Below the pieces are notes generated by a model, which was given only the letters and a program-made list of their open reading frames with translations, made no database searches and was not told where the DNA came from. DNA of 64,000 nucleotides from Bdellovibrionales bacterium. Lineage in GTDB: Bacteria; Bdellovibrionota; UBA1018; CAIMNF01. The stretch is from contig JBEIJY010000003.1 of the NCBI GenBank assembly GCA_040380025.1, positions 32,001 through 96,000 on the forward strand, given 5' to 3'. Positions 1 to 10,741 of this stretch are shown piece by piece. Position 1 is the first letter of the stretch. Each line of letters starts with the position of its first letter. The position numbers were made by a program, and so were the translations under genes.

Positions 1-1
1 T

Positions 2-2869
2 GCTCCGACTCTCCACCGTCTCGGGATCCAGGCATTCGAGCCGCTTCTGATCGAAGGGAAGGCAATCCAGCTCCATCCGCTCGTCTGTACCGCATTCAAC
101 GCGGACTTCGACGGCGACCAGATGGCAGTGCACGTTCCGCTCTCGATCGAAGCCCAGATCGAAGCCCGCGTGCTCATGATGTCGACGAACAACATCCTTT
201 CGCCGGCGCACGGAAAGCCCATCATCGTGCCGTCGCAGGACATCGTCCTCGGAATGTATTACATGACCCGCGAGCGTCCGTTCGCGCGCGGCGAAGGAAA
301 GATCTTCTCGAATCCGACCGAAGTGCGCTTCGCGTTTGATTCCGGGGTCGTCGACCTTCAGGCGAAGATCAAGTGCCGGATCCACGACGTTCTCCAGGAG
401 ACCACCGTGGGACGCGCTCTCCTTTCGGAGATCGTGCCTGCCGAGATCGAGTTCAAGGCCTACAACCGGGTCCTTGGAAAGAAAGAACTCGCCGAGCTCA
501 TCGACACCTGCTTCCGGAAAACCGGAAACAAGAAAACCGTGATCTTCGCCGATCAGATCATGCAGACCGGATTCCGTCAGGCGATGAAGGCGGGGATTTC
601 GATCTCCATTCACGACATGATCATTCCGGCCGAGAAGAAGAATCTGGTCGAACGCGCGAATGCGCAGGTCCAGGAAATCGAGAACCAGTACGTCGAAGGT
701 CTCATCACCGACGGCGAACGCTACAACAAGGTCATCGACATCTGGGCCCAGACCGCCGAAGAAGTGACCAAAGAGATGATGAAACACATCTCGACCCACA
801 CCTACCATGCGCCTGAGAACTGGAAGGGCAAGGACAAGACGACCACCGCGCCTGCCTTCAACTCGGTCTTCATCATGGCCGATTCGGGTGCGCGGGGATC
901 GAACGCCCAGATCCGTCAGTTGGCGGGGATGCGCGGTCTCATGGCCAAGCCAAGCGGCGAGATCATCGAGACTCCGATCATCGCGAACTTCCGTGAGGGC
1001 CTCTCGGTACTCGAGTACTTCGTCTCGACCCACGGAGCCCGGAAGGGTCTTGCGGACACCGCGCTCAAAACCGCGAACTCCGGATACCTTACGCGTCGTC
1101 TGGTGGACGTTGCCCAAGACGTGATCGTCACCCAGCCGGACTGCGGCACGACCGAAGGGATCAACATGACCGCGCTCATCGAGGGCGGGGAAGTGATCGA
1201 GCCTCTCTCGAACCGGATTCTCGGACGGGTGATCCTCGAGGACGTTCTTGATCCGACGAGCGGTGACGTCCTGTACAAGACGGGAACGCTGCTCGAAGAA
1301 GAGCACGTGAAGGCGCTCGAGCTTGCTGGCGTGGATCGCATTCTGATCCGTTCCGTTCTGACCTGCCAGGCCCGTTGGGGTATCTGTGCAGCTTGCTACG
1401 GGCGCGATCTGGCCCGCGGCCGGATCGTCAACAACGGAGAAGCGACCGGAGTCATCGCGGCCCAGTCGATCGGGGAACCGGGAACTCAGCTCACCATGCG
1501 GACCTTCCACATCGGTGGAGCGGCTTCGCGGTCGGCCGAGCAATCGACCCTTCAGGCCAAGACCAAGGGAGCCCTGAAGTTCCATAATGTGAACACGGTT
1601 CAGAACCGCGACGGACACACGATCGTTCTCAGCCGGAACGGCGAGATCACCGTGATCGATTCCAACAATCGCGAGCGGGAGCGGTACTCCCTCGTGTACG
1701 GAGCGAAGTTGCTCCTGACCGAAGGCTCGACCGTCGAACGCGGAACCATGATTGCGGAGTGGGATCCGTACTCGACTCCGATCATCTCGGAAGTCGGCGG
1801 ACGGCTCGTGTATGAGGACCTCGAAGAAGGTCTCACCATGCAAGAGCAGTTCGATGCGGTGACCGGACTTTCGCACAAGGTGATTATCGAGTCGAAAACC
1901 GACAAGCGTCCGAAGGTTCTCGTCACCGACGAGAAGGGCGATGTGATCCAGGTTCCGGGCTCCCAGCGGATGGGTCGTTACAACCTCCCGCTCGGATCGA
2001 ACCTGATCGTGGCCGACGGCTCCGAGATCCGCCCAGGGGATCTTCTCGCGAAGATCCACCGCGAAACCTCGAAAACCAAGGACATCACCGGGGGTCTTCC
2101 CCGGGTTGCCGAGCTTTTCGAAGCACGGAAGCCCAAGGATGCCGCTGTGGTATCCGAGATCGACGGGACCGTTTCGTTCGGGAAGGACACCAAAGGCAAG
2201 CGTAAGGTCATCGTCACTCCGGACGAAGGAAGCGAACCACGCGAGTATCTGATCGGAAAAGGTCGCCACCTCTCGGTGAACGAGGGCGACTACGTCAAAA
2301 AGGGTGAACCCCTCGTGGATGGTCCGATCAACCCGCACGACATTCTTCGCGTTCTCGGCGACAAGGCTCTTGCGAAGTACCTCGTCGATGAGGTCCAAGA
2401 GGTTTATCGTCTCCAGGGTGTGAAGATCAACGACAAGCACATCGAGATCATCGTCCGCCAGATGTTGCGGAAGGTGAAGGTCCTCGATTCCGGCGATACC
2501 CGGTTCCTTGCAGGCGAGTCGGTCGAACGTTTTGTGTTCGACGAAGAGAACCGCAAGGTTGCGGCAAGTGGCGGTCAGATCGCCTCTGCCGAGCCGCTCC
2601 TCCTTGGAATCACCAAGGCGTCGCTCACCACCGAGAGCTTCATCTCGGCCGCCTCCTTCCAGGAGACGACCAAGGTGCTGACCGAGGCGGCGATCACCGG
2701 CAAGGTCGACTACCTGAAAGGGCTGAAAGAGAACGTCATCATGGGACGTCTGGTTCCGGCCGGAACCGGTCTTGCGAAGTACCGGAATCTCATCGCGAAG
2801 GTGGTCGAGACTTCGGTCGATACTGCTCCGATCCACGAGGTCGAGACCGTATCGTTCCGGACGATGTGA
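2..2869 (+). CDS. rpoC: DNA-directed RNA polymerase subunit beta' (5'-truncated by the window edge)
   Basis: The frame is open from base 2 ([12 protein letters not shown]...). It carries the catalytic NADFDGD motif just before 122, plus [24 protein letters not shown] and SAASFQET. Confidence 0.99.
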   Translation, partial: APTLHRLGIQAFEPLLIEGKAIQLHPLVCTAFNADFDGDQMAVHVPLSIEAQIEARVLMMSTNNILSPAHGKPIIVPSQDIVLGMYYMTRERPFARGEGKIFSNPTEVRFAFDSGVVDLQAKIKCRIHDVLQETTVGRALLSEIVPAEIEFKAYNRVLGKKELAELIDTCFRKTGNKKTVIFADQIMQTGFRQAMKAGISISIHDMIIPAEKKNLVERANAQVQEIENQYVEGLITDGERYNKVIDIWAQTAEEVTKEMMKHISTHTYHAPENWKGKDKTTTAPAFNSVFIMADSGARGSNAQIRQLAGMRGLMAKPSGEIIETPIIANFREGLSVLEYFVSTHGARKGLADTALKTANSGYLTRRLVDVAQDVIVTQPDCGTTEGINMTALIEGGEVIEPLSNRILGRVILEDVLDPTSGDVLYKTGTLLEEEHVKALELAGVDRILIRSVLTCQARWGICAACYGRDLARGRIVNNGEATGVIAAQSIGEPGTQLTMRTFHIGGAASRSAEQSTLQAKTKGALKFHNVNTVQNRDGHTIVLSRNGEITVIDSNNRERERYSLVYGAKLLLTEGSTVERGTMIAEWDPYSTPIISEVGGRLVYEDLEEGLTMQEQFDAVTGLSHKVIIESKTDKRPKVLVTDEKGDVIQVPGSQRMGRYNLPLGSNLIVADGSEIRPGDLLAKIHRETSKTKDITGGLPRVAELFEARKPKDAAVVSEIDGTVSFGKDTKGKRKVIVTPDEGSEPREYLIGKGRHLSVNEGDYVKKGEPLVDGPINPHDILRVLGDKALAKYLVDEVQEVYRLQGVKINDKHIEIIVRQMLRKVKVLDSGDTRFLAGESVERFVFDEENRKVAASGGQIASAEPLLLGITKASLTTESFISAASFQETTKVLTEAAITGKVDYLKGLKENVIMGRLVPAGTGLAKYRNLIAKVVETSVDTAPIHEVETVSFRTM

Positions 2870-2889
2870 TCGAATTTGAATTTTCTCGG

Positions 2890-2916
2890 GAGGGTGCCCG
2901 GGCTCCGGGCACCCTC
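2890..2916 (+). terminator. GC-rich hairpin after rpoC (possible atypical terminator)
   Basis: Perfect 12-bp stem GAGGGTGCCCGG-gct-CCGGGCACCCTC; no adjacent U-tract. Confidence 0.45.
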
Positions 2917-2993
2917 GACCGCGACCAAGCCGATTTTCTTCTGGATTTCTTCTGGATAAGTTGGTAGACCAAACAGACTTTCATTCTTTGGAA

Positions 2994-3069
2994 GGGCGAT
3001 TAGCTCAGTTGGTAGAGCAGGATGTTTACACCGTCAAGGTCGGGAGTTCGAGCCTCTCATCGCCCACCA
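2994..3069 (+). tRNA. tRNA-Val (anticodon TAC)
   Basis: 76-nt cloverleaf: acceptor GGGCGAT/ATCGCCC, D arm GCTC/GAGC, anticodon loop TTTACAC, T loop TTCGAGC, encoded CCA. Confidence 0.96.
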
Positions 3070-3184
3070 AAATTTCTTCGTTAAATCAAATCCAGTCAAA
3101 ATAAAATAAGACCTTGGTACTCCTGCGGACTTCGTGTCCTCTTTAGAATTCGCTCAAGTTTCTTCGCGTGTGTGTCGATGAGTC

Positions 3185-4054
3185 ATGGAGATGAAGACTC
3201 AAAGAGCGCGATGCGTGTTGATCATTCTGATGGTACTGGGAGCGACCCCTTCGGTCGGTAATGCGGCCAAGACCTTGAAGTTCAACGCCAAAAACAAATC
3301 GTGTGTGGCGAAGACCTGGGACGGGACCAAGTGGGTTCCGGTGGATCGTGCCATTCTTGCGGGTCGCCCGGTCACCCGGGTCGAGGCGTTCAAAAAAGAA
3401 ATGACCCGGTTCCGGGTCGATTCAAAGTGGTACGTCGCTTCGAGTCGATGCATCCAGACCGCGAAGCCCAAACCCGAGCAAGCATCCGAGCTCGTAGCAG
3501 ATCAAGTCGAACCAGCTGCGAAACCAGCAGAACAACCGCGAGACGGCCTGGTGGTTCGTGCAGCACTCGAATACGGAAATTTCAGGCGGACCCTCGGCTT
3601 CGGGGGAACGAATTATCGGGTCTCGTTGTCGACGATCGCGGCGAAGGCCGGTTTCGGGCAGCGCAAGTTTTTTGAATCCAGCTCGTTCTACTGGGGCTGG
3701 AACATCGACGCATTTTTCGGTGTCTCGAAAGTCGAGGTCGAGTCGGGGGCTCCCTTTGCCTATTCGGGCACGGGAGTGTTCACGGCAGGGAGCCGGGCCA
3801 GCGGCGCGATCGGATCGCGGCTTTCGAATCGGATTGATTCGCAGTTGGATCTCGGCGCGGGGCTGTCGTACGCGAGCATGAAAGAAACGGGAGTGGCGGG
3901 CGCCACCAACCCGAAGTCCGTGATGGTGTTCCCTTTATTGAAGTTGGGATTCGTGTATCAGACCGATTCGAAGCTCGGGTTCGGGGTTGAGGCGATGTCA
4001 CAGGGGATTTTACGGGACTACGCGTTTTCGGGGGGTGTGCAATGGGTGTTTTGA
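3185..4054 (+). CDS. Exported protein with a small N-terminal domain and a C-terminal outer-membrane beta-barrel
   Basis: Signal peptide, P/A/E linker, alternating amphipathic beta strands and terminal Phe (FSGGVQWVF). Confidence 0.7.
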   Translation: MEMKTQRARCVLIILMVLGATPSVGNAAKTLKFNAKNKSCVAKTWDGTKWVPVDRAILAGRPVTRVEAFKKEMTRFRVDSKWYVASSRCIQTAKPKPEQASELVADQVEPAAKPAEQPRDGLVVRAALEYGNFRRTLGFGGTNYRVSLSTIAAKAGFGQRKFFESSSFYWGWNIDAFFGVSKVEVESGAPFAYSGTGVFTAGSRASGAIGSRLSNRIDSQLDLGAGLSYASMKETGVAGATNPKSVMVFPLLKLGFVYQTDSKLGFGVEAMSQGILRDYAFSGGVQWVF

Positions 4055-6279
4055 AGCAGATTCGACGATCGGGAAAATCATGGTTCGTTTTGTTGGCGGT
4101 GTTGTCGGCCAGCGCCTGCTCGAAGTGGCAGGTCGGCATGGGGTATGGCAGTTCCCCGAAACAGATCATCGCGATCGCCACAGGAGCCAATCACACCTGT
4201 GCCGTCGTGGATGGCGGGCTTCAGTGCTGGGGAAACAATCTCAATGCCCAGCTCGGCATTGGCGTGGCCGGAGGGGTTGCGATCAGCCCTGAGCAAGTCA
4301 TTCCTCCGAACAGCGGAGTCACCGCAGTCGCGTCGGGGGAGAATCACACCTGCGCTGTGGTGCGGGGCGGACTTCAGTGCTGGGGAAGTGATGCGGCCGG
4401 ACAGCTGGGAAATGGTGCGGCCACCGGGGTTGTTTTGAGCCCTTCAGAAATCCTTCCGCCGGACAGTGGTGTCACGGCAGTTGCTGCTGGTTCTTCTCAC
4501 ACCTGTGCCATCGTGAATGGAGACCTGAAGTGCTGGGGAAGAAATGATGCTGGTCAAATCGGAAACGGCGGATTGAATAACGTGCCCGCGGACGCCCCAA
4601 GCCCGGTCACTGTGATCTATGGCGGAGTCACCGCGGTGGCAGCGGGGGCATCGCATACCTGTGCCGTGGTGAATGGCGGGCTTCAGTGCTGGGGAAGTGA
4701 TGGTTCGGGCCAGCAGGGAAATGGAAATCCGACGAACAACGTTTTGATTCCCGTCCCTGTATCGGGTTTCGCGAGCGGAGTCACCGCAGTCGCGACGGGG
4801 GAGGTTCACACTTGCGCCGTCAGGAATGGCGGGCTTCATTGCTGGGGAAGTGACGGAAGCAATCAACTTGGAAATGGCGCGAACGGCAGTACCGACATCC
4901 CGGCGGCAATCTCCCCGCTCGACACCGGGGTCAGCTCGGTTGCGGCGGGACGGTTGCACACCTGCGCCGTTGTCAATGGTGGGCTTCAGTGCTGGGGAAG
5001 CGATAGTTTTGGTCAGCTCGGAAACATCCCCGATGCGAATTCCGAAAGCCCGGCAGAAATCCTTCCTGCGAATAGCGGAGTCACCATGATCGCGGCGGGG
5101 GATTCGCACACCTGTGCCGTGGTGAATAACGGGATCCGGTGTTGGGGATCGGACGGATACGGACAAATCGGGAATGGGTTGCCGAACAGCTCTCTTACGG
5201 CGCCAAGCGCATCGATTGTAACTGGAATCACCGCGGTCGCGGCGGGCGAGTCTCACAGCTGTGCCGTGGTGAATGGCGGTCTTCAGTGCTGGGGAAGCAA
5301 CAGTATTGGTCAGCTTGGAACTGGTGCGACCGGAGGCAATTCCACCACTCCTGCGCAGATCATTCCGCCGAGTAGCCAGGTCACCGCGGTCGCGGTCGGA
5401 GATGCTCATACCTGTGCCGTGGTGAATGGCGGTCTTCAGTGTTGGGGAAGTGATCAAAGAGGTCAGCTCGGAAATGGCTTAGGTTCTAGCAACCCCAACC
5501 CCGAGCAGATCATTCCGATCAACAGTGGGGTCACTGCAGTCGCGGCGGGGGCATCGCATACCTGTGCTGTGGTGAATGGCGGTCTTCAGTGCTGGGGAAG
5601 TGATAGCTCTGGTCAGCAGGGGAATGGCATTCCGACGGGCAACGTAACCAGCCCTGCTCCGATCTTTCCGCCGGGTAGTCAAGTCACCGCCGTCGCGGCG
5701 GGTTCCTCTCATACCTGTGCCGTGGTGAATGGCGGGCTTCAATGCTGGGGAAGTGATGGTTCGGGTCAGCAGGGGAATGGCAATCCGACGGGCAATGTAA
5801 CCAGCCCTGCTTCGATTTTTCCGTCGGGTAGCCAAGTCATCGCCGTCGCGGCGGGGACATCGCATACCTGTGCCGTGGTGAACGGCGGGCTTCAGTGCTG
5901 GGGGAATGATAACTTTGGTCAGCTCGGAAACGCTGCGGGGGGGGATGTCAATAGCCCCATGGAAATCATTCCGCTGAATAGCGGAGTCACCGCAGTCGCG
6001 ACGGGTTTGTATCATAGCTGCGCGATTCGGAGTGGGGCTCTCCAATGTTGGGGAGGAGACAGCTTCGGTCAGCAGGGGAATGGCAATCCAACAGGAAACG
6101 TGGACAGCCCTGTGACTGTGCCTGGTTTCGCGACCGGAACCGCCGCGCTGGCGACAGGTGCGAACCACACCTGTGCCGTGGCGAACGGTGTACTGCGGTG
6201 CTGGGGACGAAACTTATTGGGCCAGCTCGGAATCGGAGAAGACGGAATCGTCCGGTCTCCGGTGGCGATCAGCCTGTAG
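4042..6279 (+). CDS. RCC1/BLIP-II-like repeat lipoprotein (14 repeats)
   Basis: 14 copies of VxxGxxHTCAVxxGxLxCWGxxxxGQLG; lipobox-like LSASAC after a hydrophobic stretch. Confidence 0.9.
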   Translation: MGVLKQIRRSGKSWFVLLAVLSASACSKWQVGMGYGSSPKQIIAIATGANHTCAVVDGGLQCWGNNLNAQLGIGVAGGVAISPEQVIPPNSGVTAVASGENHTCAVVRGGLQCWGSDAAGQLGNGAATGVVLSPSEILPPDSGVTAVAAGSSHTCAIVNGDLKCWGRNDAGQIGNGGLNNVPADAPSPVTVIYGGVTAVAAGASHTCAVVNGGLQCWGSDGSGQQGNGNPTNNVLIPVPVSGFASGVTAVATGEVHTCAVRNGGLHCWGSDGSNQLGNGANGSTDIPAAISPLDTGVSSVAAGRLHTCAVVNGGLQCWGSDSFGQLGNIPDANSESPAEILPANSGVTMIAAGDSHTCAVVNNGIRCWGSDGYGQIGNGLPNSSLTAPSASIVTGITAVAAGESHSCAVVNGGLQCWGSNSIGQLGTGATGGNSTTPAQIIPPSSQVTAVAVGDAHTCAVVNGGLQCWGSDQRGQLGNGLGSSNPNPEQIIPINSGVTAVAAGASHTCAVVNGGLQCWGSDSSGQQGNGIPTGNVTSPAPIFPPGSQVTAVAAGSSHTCAVVNGGLQCWGSDGSGQQGNGNPTGNVTSPASIFPSGSQVIAVAAGTSHTCAVVNGGLQCWGNDNFGQLGNAAGGDVNSPMEIIPLNSGVTAVATGLYHSCAIRSGALQCWGGDSFGQQGNGNPTGNVDSPVTVPGFATGTAALATGANHTCAVANGVLRCWGRNLLGQLGIGEDGIVRSPVAISL

Positions 6280-6316
6280 CGGTTCGCGAGATCACCTCTG
6301 CAAACGGAGCGAGCGA

Positions 6317-7084
6317 TCAAAACTCCCCGCGCACGCCGAGGGTCAGGTAGTGAAGCCAGGCGAAGCTGTACACCTCGTCGTTTGAGGCACCGCCTTCGAG
6401 CGTGCGGTAGCCGCCAAAGCCCGAAAAGCGGGTGCCGGGGATTTTTCGCTCCAGAAAAAACGCGGCATCGAACGCACGGCCCTGAGGGGCCGCGAGTCCG
6501 TCGAGGTCGAAGCGAAACCGCCATTCCGCAACGAGCGCACGACTCGCCCGAAAATTCAAAAGCGGCACGAAGCCCACGTTCTTCTTACTCCTGCTCAACC
6601 CGCCTTGTTCGAGCCTGACTTCGGCATCGCGGATTTTCGCCGTGAACCCGAGGCCGAGGTCCCACCCCCCGATCGGATCAAAAAAATAAGTGTAGGTGAG
6701 GCGGTAAGAGTTGAACTTGTAAAACGCGGCCGTGGGAGTGTCTGCGGCGAAGGTCGAACCCATGAAGTCGATCGGGTTCGCGAAGCGCGCATTCAAATCG
6801 ACCGAAAACGGCGCATAAAGGGCGCGGATCTCGTGTTTTTGGTTCCAACGGTGTCCGACATAAACCCGATAGGTCCCGAAGGGCCCGGTCTCGGGGTCGC
6901 TCAACGAAAAGCGCGTGCCACCGACCCCCGGAATGGCCTGCTCATTGCGAGTCTGCCAGGTGAGCGCACCCTCGAGCGAGGCATAGGTGAGCCCCTCTGC
7001 GCGCGCCTCGAGTCGGGTCGAAAGCAATCCAAGGAGCGCCCAAAAAAATGCCGCAAAACCGAAGGCAGGGATCGTGTTTCTCAT
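6317..7084 (-). CDS. Outer-membrane beta-barrel protein
   Basis: Start at MRNTIPAF gives a signal peptide; amphipathic strands; C-terminal LTLGVRGEF. Confidence 0.75.
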   Translation of the reverse strand: MRNTIPAFGFAAFFWALLGLLSTRLEARAEGLTYASLEGALTWQTRNEQAIPGVGGTRFSLSDPETGPFGTYRVYVGHRWNQKHEIRALYAPFSVDLNARFANPIDFMGSTFAADTPTAAFYKFNSYRLTYTYFFDPIGGWDLGLGFTAKIRDAEVRLEQGGLSRSKKNVGFVPLLNFRASRALVAEWRFRFDLDGLAAPQGRAFDAAFFLERKIPGTRFSGFGGYRTLEGGASNDEVYSFAWLHYLTLGVRGEF

Positions 7085-7214
7085 GGCCCCGAAGAGTATA
7101 CGAAAAAGTGCTTTGGTGTCGAGCAGACCCGCCTGGGCGAATGCCCGTTCTGCCTTCCTTTCGAGCGGTTTCGGAGCTTGATCGGGCGGGGAATCTGGGA
7201 TATGGTTCGCCCGC

Positions 7215-8414
7215 ATGAAAAAGGTGCTTTTGATCGGCTGCGGAATGCAATCCTACGGGGCTGCGCTGGATCTCCTCCGCTTCGGAAACCCCGAAGAGCT
7301 GATCCTGGCCGATGCCGTTCCGGCGACGACCGCAAAGCTCGCGGAGTTTTTAAAAAAGCACACCAAGCCCAAGATTCTCACTCCAATCGCACTCGATGCG
7401 TCTGATGCTCAGGCCGTGATTGTGGCCGCAAAGGGCTGTGATCTCATCCTGAACGCGGCCCCGTATCGCTTTGCGCTCGACATCACGAAAGCCGCGATCG
7501 CGGCGCGGGTCCCGATGGTGGACCTCGGCGGCGATACCGACATGGTTCTGCGCCAGCTGGCTCTTTCGGACGACGCAAAGGCCGCCGGCATCACGATCAT
7601 TCCGGACTGCGGGATGGGGCCCGGAATGACCAACATCACCGTCGGTCATGCAATCGATGTCCTTGATGTCGCCGATACGATCATCACGCGCGACGGGGGG
7701 ATTCCGCTCCGGCCCGAGCCGCCTCTTGGTTATCATTTGGTGTTCGCGATCGAGACCCTCGTGAACGAATACACCGGAATGACCACCCAGCTCCGGAATG
7801 GCGAGCTCGTGCAGATCGCCCCGATGACCGAGATCGAAGAGTGCACCCTCCCCGTGGTCGGACGGGTCGAGGCCACCCACGGAATGGGCATGCTCTCGAC
7901 ACTTCCATGGACCTACCGCGGCCGGGTTCGAAATCTCGAGAACAAGTTTGTCCGCTACCCCGGGCACTTCGCGTTCTGGAAGACCTTGCGCGATGCCGGG
8001 TTCTTCTCGCGCGAGACAGTCCAGACCGAAGCCGGTCCGTCCGAGCCGCGTGCGCTCACCAAGGCCCTGCTCGAACGGTTCTTGATGCCCAAAGGCGGCG
8101 AGCAGGATGTGTCGATCATCCAGACGATCTCGGAGGGAACCAAAGACGGCAAAGCGGTTCGAGTCGAGCACCTCATTTGTGACCGTTCGGATGCGGCGAC
8201 CGGGCTCACCTCGATGCAGCGAACGACCGGGTTCACCGCTTCGATCGTCGGGCAAATGATCGTGGCCAAAGAGATTCAGCAAAAAGGAGTGCTTCCTCCC
8301 GAGCTCGCCGTGCCCAAGATGGCGTTTTTCGGGGCGATTCAAAAGCGGGGCATTCAGTTCGAGTGGCGCATCACCGACCGGGATTCCGTCCCGACGACCA
8401 GGAGCGGTTCATGA
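7215..8414 (+). CDS. Saccharopine dehydrogenase / lysine 6-dehydrogenase family NAD(P)-dependent oxidoreductase
   Basis: N-terminal Rossmann motif (VLLIGCG), DLGG, CGMGPG, RYPGH and SMQRTTG. Confidence 0.88.
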   Translation: MKKVLLIGCGMQSYGAALDLLRFGNPEELILADAVPATTAKLAEFLKKHTKPKILTPIALDASDAQAVIVAAKGCDLILNAAPYRFALDITKAAIAARVPMVDLGGDTDMVLRQLALSDDAKAAGITIIPDCGMGPGMTNITVGHAIDVLDVADTIITRDGGIPLRPEPPLGYHLVFAIETLVNEYTGMTTQLRNGELVQIAPMTEIEECTLPVVGRVEATHGMGMLSTLPWTYRGRVRNLENKFVRYPGHFAFWKTLRDAGFFSRETVQTEAGPSEPRALTKALLERFLMPKGGEQDVSIIQTISEGTKDGKAVRVEHLICDRSDAATGLTSMQRTTGFTASIVGQMIVAKEIQQKGVLPPELAVPKMAFFGAIQKRGIQFEWRITDRDSVPTTRSGS

Positions 8415-9466
8415 AGGAGCGGTTTCCGAACGTCTCCCGTTGGATTCTGCCGTTCTTGGTTCTTCCGGCTTTCGCTTGGGCCGGGCCCCATGGGAACAAC
8501 CCCTGCGCGGAGCTCCTCCTGCGGGCCGTGGTCGAAAATCACGGGGTGAATGAGCAGTTTCCGAGAGGGTTCAGCCGGCACCGGACGCTCCTTGATTATC
8601 TTCGGATGTTTCCGGCCGAGGTGGGCGAGAAGATCGCGAACCTCGGGCCCGAGGATGTGATTCTCGAGGCGGGTTCGGGCGAGGGGGTGGCGGCCGAGCA
8701 GATTCTTCTGCGCAAGCTGGAAGGTCTGCTCCTGAACGAAGAAGAGATGTTCGAGCGCACGAAGGTCACCTGGGAGCTGGCAACCGACCCCTCCGCGGTT
8801 CTGAAGCGGATCGGAGCAAAACCCCTTCGGGACAGGCCCACCGTGATTGCGGTTTCGAAAGAAATGGAGCGCACCCTCGATGTGACTCCCTACCAGGGAA
8901 AGCTCATCGTGAACACGGGGCGGTTCTTCGAGGACATTCCCGCAGAAGAGCTCGGGCGTCCGAAGCTGATTCTCGATGCGATCGGGGTCATGTCGTACAC
9001 CGCGCACCCGACCGAGGTGCTCGAGCGGTATCTCGAGATCCTCCAGCCGGAGGGCGATATTTATCTTTTCATGGATCTCGCGCGGGTCGAGATCGAGCTT
9101 CGCAAGGGGCAAACGGTCGCCGAGGGCATCGAGGCGATGCGGTTCCTGAGGCCCGTGTACGCAAACCAGCCTCGTTGGATCGTCAAAGACGGACATGGCG
9201 CGAGCAAGTGGCTCCATTATTGGTTGCTGTCTCTTGATCAGCCGGGCCTCTCGGTCGAGGCGCTCGAGTCGCGGATGGTTCTTGGTTTTTTCGAGGGTCA
9301 AAAAAAGCATCTGCGCGAGAACCGGTATTTGACGATTCACATGAAGAAAACCGGCAAGGGCAAGATCAAGATTCCCCAGCTGACGCTCGAAGCGGCGGAA
9401 TTCGAATTGAATCCTCCGAGCCGGACCTTCCTTCAGCACGGCCCCCTGCCGCGCCGGCGGCACTGA
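8411..9466 (+). CDS. Signal-peptide-bearing class I SAM-dependent methyltransferase-like protein
   Basis: ATGA overlap with the upstream stop; hydrophobic leader ending AFAWA; motif I ILEAGSGEG; LQPEG motif. Confidence 0.65.
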   Translation: MKERFPNVSRWILPFLVLPAFAWAGPHGNNPCAELLLRAVVENHGVNEQFPRGFSRHRTLLDYLRMFPAEVGEKIANLGPEDVILEAGSGEGVAAEQILLRKLEGLLLNEEEMFERTKVTWELATDPSAVLKRIGAKPLRDRPTVIAVSKEMERTLDVTPYQGKLIVNTGRFFEDIPAEELGRPKLILDAIGVMSYTAHPTEVLERYLEILQPEGDIYLFMDLARVEIELRKGQTVAEGIEAMRFLRPVYANQPRWIVKDGHGASKWLHYWLLSLDQPGLSVEALESRMVLGFFEGQKKHLRENRYLTIHMKKTGKGKIKIPQLTLEAAEFELNPPSRTFLQHGPLPRRRH

Positions 9467-9514
9467 TTCCAAATGGTTTTTTTTGAATCCCGAACCTGCT
9501 AGCATCCTGAGAAA

Positions 9515-10741
9515 GTGACGCTACCGATCTGGTTTGCTCCTCTCTTGGTTTTGTTCGTTCTTCCACACTCCTCTGGCGCTTCCTTGCGCATGGACGAGAT
9601 CGGCGCCCTGGCCCGCGCCCATTCCCCGGCACTGAAGGCCCGTGAGCTCGAGACGAAAGCACTCGGGCATGAGGCCGGTTTTCGGGGCAAGTGGCAGAAT
9701 CCCGTGCTCTCGACCCAATTCGGAGGGCTCAGCTCCGGAAGCACCTCGGGGCCGACCTTCGAGGTGAGTCTCACGCAGGCGGTTCCGGTGACGAACCGGT
9801 TTTCGCTCAAGCGCGAACTCGCCGAAAAGACGCTCGAAAATCAGATTCTCTCGAAGAGCCGCTTCGAGAACTGGGTAGAGCATCAGGCACTTCTGGCCGC
9901 TTGGAAGGCGCGGGTTCAGCTGGAGTTGTATTCCCACGGAGTCGAGCGCGCCGAGCGGGTTCGACTGATCGAGCGGTATCTCGCCGCATCTCCGCGCGCT
10001 TCCGTTCGACAAAAGGTCGAGCTCTCGGTGGTTTCGGGGGTGGTGCTCCAGCTCCAGCGCGAGCTCGACCGAAAAGAATTTGAACTCAAAAAAGCCGAAG
10101 ACGAGTTTTCGTTCTGGATCGGCCGCGAAGCGAAGGCCGGCGAGATCATCGGGGCGATCCCGTCTCCCGATCGGGTTCGCATGCCCCCCGAGGGGACTCA
10201 CGAAAAAGACCCGGAATGGCTCGAAGCACGCCGGAACCTCGATCTGGCCGGTCTCGAAGCACGAATCGCGGCCAAAGAGCGATGGCCCGATTTGATTGTG
10301 GGAGCAGGGTACCGCATCGAGCGCGTGAGCCCGGCGAATCAGTTTTCGTACGGGATTTTGGGCCTCTCGCTCCCTCTCTGGGACACCGGTGCATCGCGGA
10401 GCGAGGCCGCGAGGGCGCGACTTGTGAAGTCCGGTTTCGAGCTCGAAGAGGCCGAGCGCAGAGTCCGCTGGAAGCACCTTCGGCAGCTCGAACAGGCGCG
10501 GTTCGACCTCTTGCAAGTAAAGCGGTTTTCGATTGCGCTCGTGCCCGGCCGCGAGAAGACCATCCGTGAGGCCGAGCAGGGGTTCAAGCAAAAACTCATC
10601 GATGTGAACACCTTCGTACAGGCCGAGACCCAGACCCATGAGGTGCTCGATCAGATTTATCTGAGCTGGCATGCGTATCTGGAGAGCCTGAGCGCGCTCT
10701 TGCTCATGCAGGACGAGCCGTTCCGCTGGGAGAAACCATGA
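9515..10741 (+). CDS. TolC/CzcC family outer-membrane efflux protein
   Basis: Two OEP repeats (HSP..., WQNP, WPDL...LSLPLWD); overlaps the RND gene start. Confidence 0.88.
   Translation: MTLPIWFAPLLVLFVLPHSSGASLRMDEIGALARAHSPALKARELETKALGHEAGFRGKWQNPVLSTQFGGLSSGSTSGPTFEVSLTQAVPVTNRFSLKRELAEKTLENQILSKSRFENWVEHQALLAAWKARVQLELYSHGVERAERVRLIERYLAASPRASVRQKVELSVVSGVVLQLQRELDRKEFELKKAEDEFSFWIGREAKAGEIIGAIPSPDRVRMPPEGTHEKDPEWLEARRNLDLAGLEARIAAKERWPDLIVGAGYRIERVSPANQFSYGILGLSLPLWDTGASRSEAARARLVKSGFELEEAERRVRWKHLRQLEQARFDLLQVKRFSIALVPGREKTIREAEQGFKQKLIDVNTFVQAETQTHEVLDQIYLSWHAYLESLSALLLMQDEPFRWEKP

Noticed and set aside
3020..3036. tRNA-Val anticodon stem G27-A43 mismatch suggesting a pseudo-tRNA
   Set aside because: All other conserved elements and the CCA end are intact; a mismatch at this position is tolerated.
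4150..6240. DGR or CRISPR-like interpretation of the ~150-bp DNA repeats
   Set aside because: They are in-frame RCC1 protein repeats; no reverse transcriptase, and no adenine-specific variation was evident.
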